Part shown: in pieces, positions 1-8,775 of the stretch
Position numbering within the stretch: position 1 is the first letter of the stretch
Layout: every line of letters begins with the position of its first letter
NCBI GenBank assembly: GCA_964638155.1
Contig: CAZWYI010000010.1
Location: 1,305-65,304, forward strand
Length of the DNA stretch: 64,000 bases
Source of the DNA: an uncultured Thermoplasmatales archaeon
GTDB taxonomy: Archaea > Thermoplasmatota > E2 > DHVEG-1
Direction of reading: 5' to 3'
Notes under the pieces: generated by a model
Seen by the model: only the letters and a program-made list of their open reading frames with translations
Databases searched by the model: none
Told to the model about the DNA's origin: nothing
Made by a program: the position numbers and the translations under genes

Positions 1-2
1 TC

Positions 3-245
3 TATTATTACCTAGATTGGGGAGACAACACAAATACTGGATGGAAAGGTCCTTTTTCTTCAGGGTCAATTGAGGAATTTACTCATTCATGGGATGATGA
101 AAAAGAATATTTAATAAAAGCAAAATCAAAAGATGAAACTGGGCTAGAGAGCAATTGGTCTACTTTAAAAATTACTACACCTAAAAATAAACCTATTTTT
201 AGAACAATTTTTGATAGATTGGAATCTTTCTTTAATTTTAGATAA
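3..245 (+). CDS. C-terminal 80-aa fragment of a protein whose start lies upstream of the window (product unknown)
   Basis: Open frame 3 from the window edge to TAA at 243-245 (YYYLDWGDNTNTGWKGPFSSG...NWSTLKITTPKNKP). The antisense 71-aa ORF 165..380 is most likely spurious. Confidence 0.35.
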   Translation, partial: YYYLDWGDNTNTGWKGPFSSGSIEEFTHSWDDEKEYLIKAKSKDETGLESNWSTLKITTPKNKPIFRTIFDRLESFFNFR

Positions 246-478
246 TAAATGTAAAGAAATTTGGATAGAATTGTAAAATAATCTTTTTATATAATTTCTT
301 ATAAATAATATTATTGAGTTGGACGGGGTATTTGAAAAAACTCGTTTTTTTCTCATCCTTTCACCTCCTCTCCTTACCACCTCCCCCCGTTCAACATTAA
401 TATTTTTACTAATTTTTTACAAAAATTTTAAATAAAACATATCCTATTAACAAGTGTTAATATTGGGGAGATAGAAGA

Positions 479-2557
479 ATGAAAAGTCTATCAATATTAG
501 TGGTAACATTACTATTAATTAGTAGTTTTGCTGCTATAGGAATTAGTAAAAAGGCTGAAGTCGAAACAAATAGTTTCGAGCAAGAAACAACAATTGAAAA
601 AACTTTTTTAAAACCAACAATTGAAGGAAAAACCATAGAAAATACTCTTTATGCAAATATAAATCTAGAAGGAGCAAATAGCTTTACATATTTACCTGGA
701 AAGCCAATTTTACCAGCATATAATAAAAAACTAAATTTACCATTTGGAGCAACCATTAAAGATATAGATTGCATTCCAAAAAATATACAAACAAAAACAA
801 TAGAAAATAAAATCATTCCTGCGCCAAACGCAGTAATTACTAATATAGAAAATAATAAAGCAGAATACGAAATGGATGAAGAAATCTACAACTCAAACAA
901 TTATTATCCTGAAAAATGGTACACTATATCAACAGGTGCTGGACTTGATGAAAACAGCGAACACAAAACATTTGTAAATATCAAATTCAATCCAGTTAAA
1001 TACAGTCCAAACCAAAATAAAATCCAATACGCCGAAGATATCGAAGTAAATATTAAATATCAAACTTCAGAAGAAACACCTTTCCCAGAAACTGCAAACT
1101 ATGATATGGTAATAATATCACCATCTGAGTTTAAAGGTGAATTACAAAGATTTGTTGCTCATAAAAACAAATATGAAATTGAAACATATTTGAAAACAAC
1201 AGAAGAAATATACAATGAATATGATGGATTTGACAAACCAGAACAAATCAAATATTTTATAAAAGATGCAATTGAAACAGAAGGAATAAAATATGTTTTA
1301 CTTGTTGGCGGCATGACTTCATTAATTTCAGGAAAATCACGAGATGATGAAAATCAAGGATCACAAGATTGGTATCTACCAGTTAGATACACAAATTTAA
1401 GAGAATCTGGTGGAGTATACGATCCAGGTTTTATAAGTGATCTATATTACGCAGATATATATGACTCTGAAGGAAATTTTTCAAGTTGGGACGAAGATAA
1501 ATATGGCGAAAGTGATGGAGTATATGCAAAATGGTCAATGTTTGGATCAAGAGATATAATTGATTTTTATCCAGATGTAATGGTTGGAAGACTCGCATGT
1601 AGAAATTTAAACGAAGTTAAAAACGTTGTAACAAAAATAATAGACTATGAAAGACTAAAACATGAAACAAACTGGTTTGATGACATGGTTTTAATAGGCG
1701 GCGACTCGCACGATGATGCAGAAGATTATGTAGAAGGAGAAGTAGCATGCAGCCACATTGCAGATACTTATATGGAAGAATTTAATCCAATAAAGCTATA
1801 TGCTTCAAATGGAAAAACAAGCCCTAATATCCCTAGTCCTGAAGCAATAAAAAGAGAGATAACTGCTGGATGTGGACATTTATTATTTGAAGGACACGGA
1901 CATCCGGGAAGCTGGAATACACACTGGCCGGGTGAATTCAACTGGGAAGATACACCTGGCGGTATAGATATATTAGATTTTCCATCTCTAAAAAACGATG
2001 TGAAACTCCCAGTATGTGTAATAGGAGGATGCCACAACGGACAATTCAATGTAACATTAACTGCAACATCACTTGATAAGCCATTCATGTGGACACATGG
2101 AATGCCTGTACCAGAATGTTTCGCCTGGCATCTAGTAAAAATGAAAGGAGGAGGAACTATTGCAAGCTTTGGTAACACTGGACTTGGATATGGTGCAGTT
2201 GGAGAAAATGGAGATCTAGACGGAGACGGAGAAAACCTACCTGATACACTTGAAGCATTTGGTGGCCTACAGATAAGACTATTCTATGACACACTTGATG
2301 AGGGAAAAGAAATGCTTGGTGAAGCATGGTTAGGAGCCCAAACAAAATATCTTGATGCAAGGCCTGGTATGGACTATAACATTGATGCAAAAACAGTTGA
2401 GCAATGGCCAATGCTTGGAGATCCAAGCCTTAAAATAGGCGGATATCAAACAGACGACAAAGCAAAAAATATACCTGATTTATTTGAAAGATTCCCAGTG
2501 CTAGAAAAACTTTTAGAAATGCCAATCTTTCAAAGGATCCTAGAGAAAATCAATTAA
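479..2557 (+). CDS. Exported protein with a putative clan-CD (gingipain/C25- or legumain-like) cysteine peptidase core and an acidic Ca-binding-like loop
   Basis: N-terminal signal/TM (LSILVVTLLLISSFAAIG). Hydrophobic block followed by His-Gly (LLFEGHGHPGSW), and ~45 aa later a hydrophobic block followed by Gly-Cys (LPVCVIGGCHNG), the His/Cys dyad layout of clan CD peptidases. DGDLDGDGENLPD acidic loop. GGGGAG SD-like motif upstream of the ATG. Confidence 0.4.
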   Translation: MKSLSILVVTLLLISSFAAIGISKKAEVETNSFEQETTIEKTFLKPTIEGKTIENTLYANINLEGANSFTYLPGKPILPAYNKKLNLPFGATIKDIDCIPKNIQTKTIENKIIPAPNAVITNIENNKAEYEMDEEIYNSNNYYPEKWYTISTGAGLDENSEHKTFVNIKFNPVKYSPNQNKIQYAEDIEVNIKYQTSEETPFPETANYDMVIISPSEFKGELQRFVAHKNKYEIETYLKTTEEIYNEYDGFDKPEQIKYFIKDAIETEGIKYVLLVGGMTSLISGKSRDDENQGSQDWYLPVRYTNLRESGGVYDPGFISDLYYADIYDSEGNFSSWDEDKYGESDGVYAKWSMFGSRDIIDFYPDVMVGRLACRNLNEVKNVVTKIIDYERLKHETNWFDDMVLIGGDSHDDAEDYVEGEVACSHIADTYMEEFNPIKLYASNGKTSPNIPSPEAIKREITAGCGHLLFEGHGHPGSWNTHWPGEFNWEDTPGGIDILDFPSLKNDVKLPVCVIGGCHNGQFNVTLTATSLDKPFMWTHGMPVPECFAWHLVKMKGGGTIASFGNTGLGYGAVGENGDLDGDGENLPDTLEAFGGLQIRLFYDTLDEGKEMLGEAWLGAQTKYLDARPGMDYNIDAKTVEQWPMLGDPSLKIGGYQTDDKAKNIPDLFERFPVLEKLLEMPIFQRILEKIN

Positions 2558-2705
2558 ATTTTCTCTAACTTTTTTTATTTTATTTCTTTTTAATTTTAAC
2601 ACTATTTTTCTGAAAAATTATTCCTAAAAAAATAATACAATTAAGATTTTTCATAATATTCTACAAATAACTTTAAACCACAAAAGATCATTACAAAAAA
2701 TAAGG

Positions 2706-3473
2706 ATGCAAAAAGAAGTAAATTCTCTTTATGAAAAAATTAAAGACAAAATAAGCAAAAAAGATTTTCTTGATAAAATTAAATTATTACAAAAAGAATC
2801 AGACGATCTTTTAGACGAATATACAATAGCTCTTTTATTATTAGATGAAATGGGAGAAAACACAAATATTTCCAAAATTTCTGAAATTAAACCAAATCTA
2901 GAGTTTACAATAAAAGGAAAAATAACAGAAATAATTTCTTTAAGAACATTTACCAGAAAAAAAGGATCTCAAGGAAAAGTTGCTAACTTAGAGATAACAG
3001 ATGAAACAGGCTCATGTAACCTAGTCTTATGGGACAATGATGTAAAACTTTTAGAGGAAAAAAAAATTCAAAAAAATACTTTTATAAAAATTATAAACGG
3101 ATATGTAAAAGATGGTTACAATGGAATTGAGATAAATGTTGGTAAATATGGAATGATTGAGATAATAAAAGAAAATTTTGATAAAAATATATCAAAAGAA
3201 GAACAACAAAAAAACTCGATAAAAGGTGAAATTATTTTAATTAAACCAACAAGAGCCTTTTTTAAAAACAGTGGGAAATTTGGTTTTGTTACAGATATTA
3301 AAATAAAAGAAAAAGAGAATGAAAAACAGATAACTGTATGGGATGAAAAAGTAAAAGAGATACAAGATTACAAAATTGGAGATAAAATAAAAATTGAAAA
3401 CATAGATAACAGAAGCAATAAAGGTAAAAAAGAACTGCATTTAAACGGTTCAGCAAAGATTTCTAGGATTTAG
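2706..3473 (+). CDS. rpa: Replication protein A-like ssDNA-binding protein (two OB folds)
   Basis: Two RPA-type OB-fold signatures: KGKITEIISLRTFTRKKGSQGKVANLEITDETGSCNLVLWDNDVKLL and IKGEIILIKPTRAFFKNSGKFGFVTDIKIKE...ITVWDEKVKEI. Confidence 0.65.
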   Translation: MQKEVNSLYEKIKDKISKKDFLDKIKLLQKESDDLLDEYTIALLLLDEMGENTNISKISEIKPNLEFTIKGKITEIISLRTFTRKKGSQGKVANLEITDETGSCNLVLWDNDVKLLEEKKIQKNTFIKIINGYVKDGYNGIEINVGKYGMIEIIKENFDKNISKEEQQKNSIKGEIILIKPTRAFFKNSGKFGFVTDIKIKEKENEKQITVWDEKVKEIQDYKIGDKIKIENIDNRSNKGKKELHLNGSAKISRI

Positions 3474-3799
3474 CAACCGCCTTGAACATATTTTTTATTT
3501 TTTTCAAGAGCAATTTCAGCAAGTTTAATTTCTCTACCAAGATACATATAATGCTCTGGTAAAAGATTTTTAATATGTTTTGATATGGTGTCACATATGG
3601 CATCTGCTTTTTTTCCAACAAATACCTTATTTAAATTTCCAGAAACAATTTTGTTATTTTTGTAAACATTTTTAAAATACTCAACTCTTATCTGATTATC
3701 CTTTTTATCTATTTCAATTACAAAAAAACCATTAGGATCAAGTTTTACATATTTTTCTTGTGTTTTTTCAGCTTTTATTAATGGAACTTCTTTAGACAT
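3470..3799 (-). CDS. DUF4346-like small protein, last gene of the mtrA/mtrH/metE-like operon
   Basis: 109 aa. Start overlaps the upstream MetE-like stop by 8 nt (translational coupling). Sequence (LDPNGFFVIEID...YFKNVYKNNKIVSGNLNKVFVGKKADAICDTISKHI) matches, from memory, the DUF4346 module often fused or adjacent to MtrH-like pterin-binding proteins. Confidence 0.45.
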   Translation of the reverse strand: MSKEVPLIKAEKTQEKYVKLDPNGFFVIEIDKKDNQIRVEYFKNVYKNNKIVSGNLNKVFVGKKADAICDTISKHIKNLLPEHYMYLGREIKLAEIALEKNKKYVQGGC

Positions 3800-4688
3800 T
3801 TATTTTTTCACCTGCTTTTACAAGATTGGTAAGTTTTTGAAATGCATTTTTTTGAGGAAGAGTTCTAAGACCGCAATCAGGTGCGATTTGACTTATTTTT
3901 CCATCAAAAATATCTATTCCCTTTTTTATATGATCAACTATTTCCTCTACTGGTTCAACCTTTTTTATATCAGATCGAACTGAGCCAAGACATATCTCTT
4001 TATCAACTGAATAATTTTTGAATTCATCAAAAAGTTTTGGTCTAATCTTAAACTCATGAGATAAAATATCTACAGGTAAATTTAGAATCTTAGGAATAAC
4101 TTTTCCTACATCTCCACAAATATGCATTCTAACTTTACAGCTAATATTTTTTGTAACAATTTTTACTAATTCTTCAGCGTAATCAGGGTAATCTACAGAA
4201 AAAAATGGCTCATCTATACTGATCATATCAACATATTTTTCTAAGTTTTTTGCTTCTTTTTGTAAAACGTATGCAAAATCAAAAGCTAGTTTTTGTTCAT
4301 CTTTATAATACAGGTCAACACATGATCTAGAAAGAGTATAGGGGCCTGCGATAAGACCTATCAATTTTGTTTTTTTTGGAATTATTTTTTTTACATATTT
4401 TTGATCTTCAACAGTTATCTCACCGTCGTACTCTATTTTTTTTATAATTTCAGGCCGATTTCTAATACGAATCCCTTTTATTTTTCTATAATAAATATTT
4501 ACAAAAGGATCTCTTGTTTGACCATCGGAAATAATATCTATTCCGGCATTTATCATATCCTTTACTGCATTTTTTATATTTTTATTCCAAGATGTAATTT
4601 TTGAGTTATAAAAATTTTTAATAAATTCAAAATTATTTATATTTGTAGGGTAAGAACCAATTACCGAGGTTTCTATTTTTTTATTCAT
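3792..4688 (-). CDS. metE: Archaeal short (core) MetE-like methylcobalamin:homocysteine methyltransferase / methionine synthase family protein
   Basis: 298 aa. N-terminal TSVIGSYPT motif typical of the archaeal MetE C-terminal-domain-only family. UROD/MetE-like TIM barrel length. 8-nt overlaps with both neighbours. Confidence 0.6.
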   Translation of the reverse strand: MNKKIETSVIGSYPTNINNFEFIKNFYNSKITSWNKNIKNAVKDMINAGIDIISDGQTRDPFVNIYYRKIKGIRIRNRPEIIKKIEYDGEITVEDQKYVKKIIPKKTKLIGLIAGPYTLSRSCVDLYYKDEQKLAFDFAYVLQKEAKNLEKYVDMISIDEPFFSVDYPDYAEELVKIVTKNISCKVRMHICGDVGKVIPKILNLPVDILSHEFKIRPKLFDEFKNYSVDKEICLGSVRSDIKKVEPVEEIVDHIKKGIDIFDGKISQIAPDCGLRTLPQKNAFQKLTNLVKAGEKINV

Positions 4689-5589
4689 TTAAATAAAATT
4701 TCCTCCTAGGGTGAGAAATATCTGGTTTTATTCCAAAATAGGTATCTGTATATTCAGAAATAAGTATATCCTGCCACGTAATTATTGGTAAAACATATTT
4801 TGCATTTTCAACAGGGCCAAATATTGCAAAATCACCGCCGAATAAAGAAATATTAATGTTTGATGCTGAATCAACACTTTGTTTTGCTAGTTTAAAATCT
4901 TTTAGCCAAGTTGACTTTTCTACTACGTTATGAATAGCACAACCTGTTGGATAACCATATTCTTCCTTTATAACAGGTATTACAGCAATTGACGCGCCGC
5001 TGTAATCACCTGGTGCCATTGCAGCAGTATCTATTAGTATTTTTTTAATACCCGTTTTTTTTGTAATATCTAAAAGACCTGTTTCTTTTAAGTGAGCGCT
5101 ATTTTCAAGTACCTCAATTTTACCATCAGGTGATTTATCCTTTGGGTTGAAAGCAACAATTATTGCCATCTCTGGGGTGTTTTTCTTCAAACAATTTATT
5201 TCTTCTTCTGTTGAACCTATATGAATAGAATTGTATATTGTTCTATCTAGCAAATTGTTTTCTTTTAAAATGTTAAGTGTCTTTATCTTTAGTTCAGGCT
5301 CTATTATATCTACGGAAAAAGGATATTTTTCTGGAAGATTATCTATGATAAATTCAACTATTTCTTCTATATATTCTTCTTTTTTTATAAAAAAATCTGG
5401 AATTGCAGGATTTCCAAGTTTTTTACTTAGGTTTAGCATATCTTCTAAGTTTTTCTTTGCAATTTTGAACTTAGGTTTTCCTTTGAAAAAAAACCCGCCA
5501 AAAAGAACCGTTGGGTTTTTACCAGGTTGTCCACCGATTTTAATATCTTTAATATTGTAGATTTTTTGTTTTTTTGTAAATGAAAACAT
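4681..5589 (-). CDS. mtrH: MtrH-like pterin-binding methyltransferase (tetrahydromethanopterin/tetrahydrofolate:corrinoid methyltransferase subunit H homolog)
   Basis: N-terminus MFSFTKKQKIYNIKDIKIGGQPGKNPTVLFGG closely follows the MtrH N-terminal signature (MFKFDK.Q.V.EI.GVKFGGQPGE.PTVL). 302 aa. Confidence 0.65.
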   Translation of the reverse strand: MFSFTKKQKIYNIKDIKIGGQPGKNPTVLFGGFFFKGKPKFKIAKKNLEDMLNLSKKLGNPAIPDFFIKKEEYIEEIVEFIIDNLPEKYPFSVDIIEPELKIKTLNILKENNLLDRTIYNSIHIGSTEEEINCLKKNTPEMAIIVAFNPKDKSPDGKIEVLENSAHLKETGLLDITKKTGIKKILIDTAAMAPGDYSGASIAVIPVIKEEYGYPTGCAIHNVVEKSTWLKDFKLAKQSVDSASNINISLFGGDFAIFGPVENAKYVLPIITWQDILISEYTDTYFGIKPDISHPRRKFYLNE

Positions 5590-6156
5590 TTATTTTCCTC
5601 TTTTTTTTATTTTACCTAAATAATTTATAACTATTTTTGAATGAAGCGCTCTTTTGTCATCAATAGTTGTTTTTTCTTGTTTAATTTTTATTGCAATATA
5701 CGTTTTACCAAAGGGTTTAACATCTTTATTTAAACATTCTTGGATTTCATTTTCTATTACTTTATTTTTTCTTTCATTTATTAAATCGATTATTTCAATT
5801 TGATTTCGAAAGCGATCTACTGCTTTTTTATCAAGATTTTCAATATATGGTATCGCGCCAGGTGCATCAATGATTCTTTTCTCTTTATCTATACCATTTT
5901 TATTTAAAGATAATAAAGATGCTCCAGATCTATGGCCTCTAATCTCATTACCACATACTATTATAAACCTTATATTAGGATTTGATATAGTGTTTGCCAC
6001 AATTTTTTCTATTCCAATGTTTTCTGTTTTTAATGGTCCGTATATCGCTACTTTTTGTGAAGGAGTATAATCGATATTTAGAAGTACTAATGCAACCGGG
6101 CTTGCACTATCTATTTCTGTAAATTCTCCGCCCCATGGATAGTATTTTTCTTTCAT
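5590..6156 (-). CDS. mtrA: MtrA-like corrinoid-binding protein (soluble, no C-terminal membrane anchor)
   Basis: [45 protein letters not shown] matches the MtrA cobamide-binding core (..C.[30 protein letters not shown]..G). 188 aa, ends at nt 5590 directly abutting mtrH-like. Confidence 0.6.
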   Translation of the reverse strand: [188 protein letters not shown]

Positions 6157-6215
6157 ATTCTGTATCTAGTATAATAAAAACCGTTTATAATAGTTTTAAT
6201 GTACCCTACCACAGT

Positions 6216-6226
6216 TTTATAAATAG
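6216..6226 (+). promoter_or_regulatory. Candidate archaeal TATA box (TTTATAAATAG) for radA, ~35 nt upstream of the ATG
   Basis: AT-rich TATA-like octamer at the distance from the start codon expected for short archaeal 5' UTRs. Divergent from the mtr-like operon. Confidence 0.3.
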
Positions 6227-6258
6227 ATAGTTGTTTCCCTTGGATTAGGGTATTTTTT

Positions 6259-7212
6259 ATGAGTAAAGAAACTGACTTTGATAAGATAAATAAAATTCCT
6301 GGTGTTGGGCCAGCTACAGCCGAAAAATTACAAGCCTCAGGTTTTCTTGATGTTATGAGCATAGCTGTTGCTTCTCCATCAGAGCTTGCTGATGCCGCTG
6401 AAATCGGTGATGCTACAGCCTCTAAGATTATACTTAAGGCCAGACAAGAAGCAGACCTTGGAAAATTCGAAACAGGTAGTTCTATTTTAGAAAAAAGATT
6501 AAAAATTGGACATTTAACAAGTGGTTCTAAAACATTTGATGAACTTGTAGGTGGTGGATTTGAATCACAAGCCATAATAGAATTATTTGGTGAATTTGGT
6601 TCTGGTAAAACGCAAGTTGCCCATCAACTTTGTGTAGATGTTCAATTACCTAAAGATAAAGGTGGTATGGATGCGCATGCTTTTTATATTGATACAGAAA
6701 ATACATTCAGACCAGAAAGAATTGTTCAAATGGCTGAAGCAAAAGGGCTTGACCCTGATAAAATTCTAAAAAATATTCATGTGGCTCGCGCATATAACTC
6801 TAGTCATCAGATGCTTCTCGTGGATAAATTAAAAGAGCTTTCAAAAGAAATAAAATCACGATTGCTAGTAGTTGATTCTCTTACCGCACATTTTCGTGCT
6901 GAATATGTTGGACGAGGCGCTTTAGCAGATAGGCAACAAAAACTAAACAAACATATGCATGATTTATTGCGTTGGAGTGACCTTAATAATGGAGTAGTAT
7001 GTGTTACAAACCAAGTATCTGCTAAACCAGATGCTTTCTTTGGAGATCCAACACGGCCAATTGGAGGGCACATTGTTGGACACACCGCTACATTTAGGAT
7101 ATATCTACGTAAAAGTAAAGGACCAAAACGAATCGCAAGACTAATTGATTCACCTCACTTACCTGAAGGAGAAGCAGTATTTACCATAACTAGCGAAGGA
7201 ATTAGTGATTAA
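6259..7212 (+). CDS. radA: DNA repair and recombination protein RadA
   Basis: N-terminal HhH ([15 protein letters not shown]), Walker [15 protein letters not shown], Walker B LLVVDSL, full RecA/Rad51-family core. 317 aa. Confidence 0.95.
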   Translation: MSKETDFDKINKIPGVGPATAEKLQASGFLDVMSIAVASPSELADAAEIGDATASKIILKARQEADLGKFETGSSILEKRLKIGHLTSGSKTFDELVGGGFESQAIIELFGEFGSGKTQVAHQLCVDVQLPKDKGGMDAHAFYIDTENTFRPERIVQMAEAKGLDPDKILKNIHVARAYNSSHQMLLVDKLKELSKEIKSRLLVVDSLTAHFRAEYVGRGALADRQQKLNKHMHDLLRWSDLNNGVVCVTNQVSAKPDAFFGDPTRPIGGHIVGHTATFRIYLRKSKGPKRIARLIDSPHLPEGEAVFTITSEGISD

Positions 7213-7280
7213 AACACTGATTTTTTTGGAAAAACTTAAAAGCATATAGCTATATTCCCTCCAAGGGAGGTAAAAGGTTT

Positions 7281-7466
7281 ATGGCATATACACATGATGG
7301 ATGGACATTATATACAAGAGATGTAGAACTTAAAGGTGGGAGAACACAAACAATATATTTCTTTAGTAAAAGAACACCTAAAAGTGGTACACCTTGTGAA
7401 AAACCAGAAGGTTACACCGTTGGTGTAAATAAAAGAACTGGTCTTCCATATTTAAAGAAGAAATAA
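7281..7466 (+). CDS. Small conserved-looking protein of unknown function (61 aa)
   Basis: Strong SD-like GGGAGGT 8 nt upstream of the ATG. Locally elevated GC. Cys/Gly/Pro-containing sequence MAYTHDGWTLYTRDVELKGGRTQTIYFFSKRTPKSGTPCEKPEGY. Confidence 0.45.
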   Translation: MAYTHDGWTLYTRDVELKGGRTQTIYFFSKRTPKSGTPCEKPEGYTVGVNKRTGLPYLKKK

Positions 7467-7567
7467 GAAAATATTCAAAGCTGATCAGAATTTGGTCAGC
7501 AATTCTTCTATTTTTTTAGTACAATTTTTATATACATTGCTTTCTTTTGTAAATATAAGAGATAACT

Positions 7568-8710
7568 ATGGTAATTAAAATTGGATTTCTAATAAACCCC
7601 ATCGCAGGCATGGGGGGAAGAGTAGGACTAAAAGGTACAGATGAAGTTTATAAAAAAGCAAAAAAACTTGGTGCAAAAGAAATTGCTGAGAAAAAAGCAG
7701 AGGAAACAATTAAGGAATTTACTGAAAACTATGATATAGATAAAAAAATTGAATGGTATACCTGTAAAGGCTCTATGGGATATAACATTTTAAAAAAGTA
7801 TAATTTTAAAAATATTGAAATTTTATATGAGCCTAACAAGAAAACTACTTCTCCAGAAGATAGTAAGAATGCATGTAAAAATTTTCTTGAAAAAGATGTT
7901 GATTTAATCTTATTTTGTGGAGGAGATGGAACAACTAGAGATATCTATAATGTTGTAAAAGATAAAATCCCTCTACTTGGAATACCATCAGGGGTGAAAA
8001 TGCATTCTGGAGTGTTTGGAATTAATACTAGAGCTTCAGCTAAAATGTTATATGAATTTATATGTGGTAGATTGACAATAGGTGAAGCCGAAATAATGGA
8101 TTTGGATGAAAAAAAATATAGAAAAGGGGAATGGAATGTTAAATTATTTGGAATAACTAAAGGGATTGTTGAACCTACCTATGTTCAGGTAGGAAAAGCT
8201 AGTTTTCAATCAGTATCTGACAATACAATTAAAGATGAACTTACGGAACATATTGAAGATGAACTAAAAGAAAATAAAGAATATCTTTATTTATTTGGTT
8301 CAGGTGGAACAATTGAGTACATTTCAAAAAAATTAGGAATAGAAAATACTCTTTTAGGGATAGATGCAATTTATAAAAATGAAAATATTGGCACTGATTT
8401 AAACGAAAAAGAAATTTTAAATCTAATCAAGAAGTATCCTAAAATAAAGGTTATTTTAAGTCCTATTGGAGCGCAAGGTTTTATACTTGGCAGAGGAAAT
8501 TTGCAGCTCAGCCCAGAGGTAATAAAAAAAATTGATATTGACAATATAATTGTTGTTTCTACTCCATCAAAACTTAAATCGACACCAGTTCTTAGAGTTG
8601 ATACAGGAGATAAAGAACTTGATAAAAAATTTTCAGATCATGAATTTATAATGGTAGTTATAGGATACAGGCTTAGTAGAGTAGTAAGAATTCAAACCAA
8701 CAAGTTTTAA
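7568..8710 (+). CDS. ATP-NAD kinase / diacylglycerol-kinase-like family protein (COG3199-like predicted polyphosphate/ATP-dependent NAD kinase)
   Basis: GGDGT motif (LILFCGGDGTTRDI) and N-terminal IGFLINPIAGMGG pattern typical of this family. 380 aa. Confidence 0.5.
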   Translation: MVIKIGFLINPIAGMGGRVGLKGTDEVYKKAKKLGAKEIAEKKAEETIKEFTENYDIDKKIEWYTCKGSMGYNILKKYNFKNIEILYEPNKKTTSPEDSKNACKNFLEKDVDLILFCGGDGTTRDIYNVVKDKIPLLGIPSGVKMHSGVFGINTRASAKMLYEFICGRLTIGEAEIMDLDEKKYRKGEWNVKLFGITKGIVEPTYVQVGKASFQSVSDNTIKDELTEHIEDELKENKEYLYLFGSGGTIEYISKKLGIENTLLGIDAIYKNENIGTDLNEKEILNLIKKYPKIKVILSPIGAQGFILGRGNLQLSPEVIKKIDIDNIIVVSTPSKLKSTPVLRVDTGDKELDKKFSDHEFIMVVIGYRLSRVVRIQTNKF

Positions 8711-8775
8711 TACATTTCTTTAATTCAGTTAGAAATACTAAGATTTATTTAAAATATAGGGAGGAAAATAGTTTT

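Noticed and set aside
165-380. 71-aa minus-strand ORF from the track
   Set aside because: Lies antisense to and overlapping the C-terminal coding end of the plus-strand gene that enters from the window edge (3..245) and its downstream promoter region. No motif. Likely spurious.
1768-2426. Two minus-strand ORFs (136 and 89 aa) inside 479..2557
   Set aside because: Entirely antisense to a long, motif-bearing gene. Composition is Cys/His/Leu-rich as expected for reverse frames of AT-rich coding DNA.
6153-6575. 140-aa minus-strand ORF overlapping the radA start
   Set aside because: Antisense to the unambiguous radA gene. No independent support.
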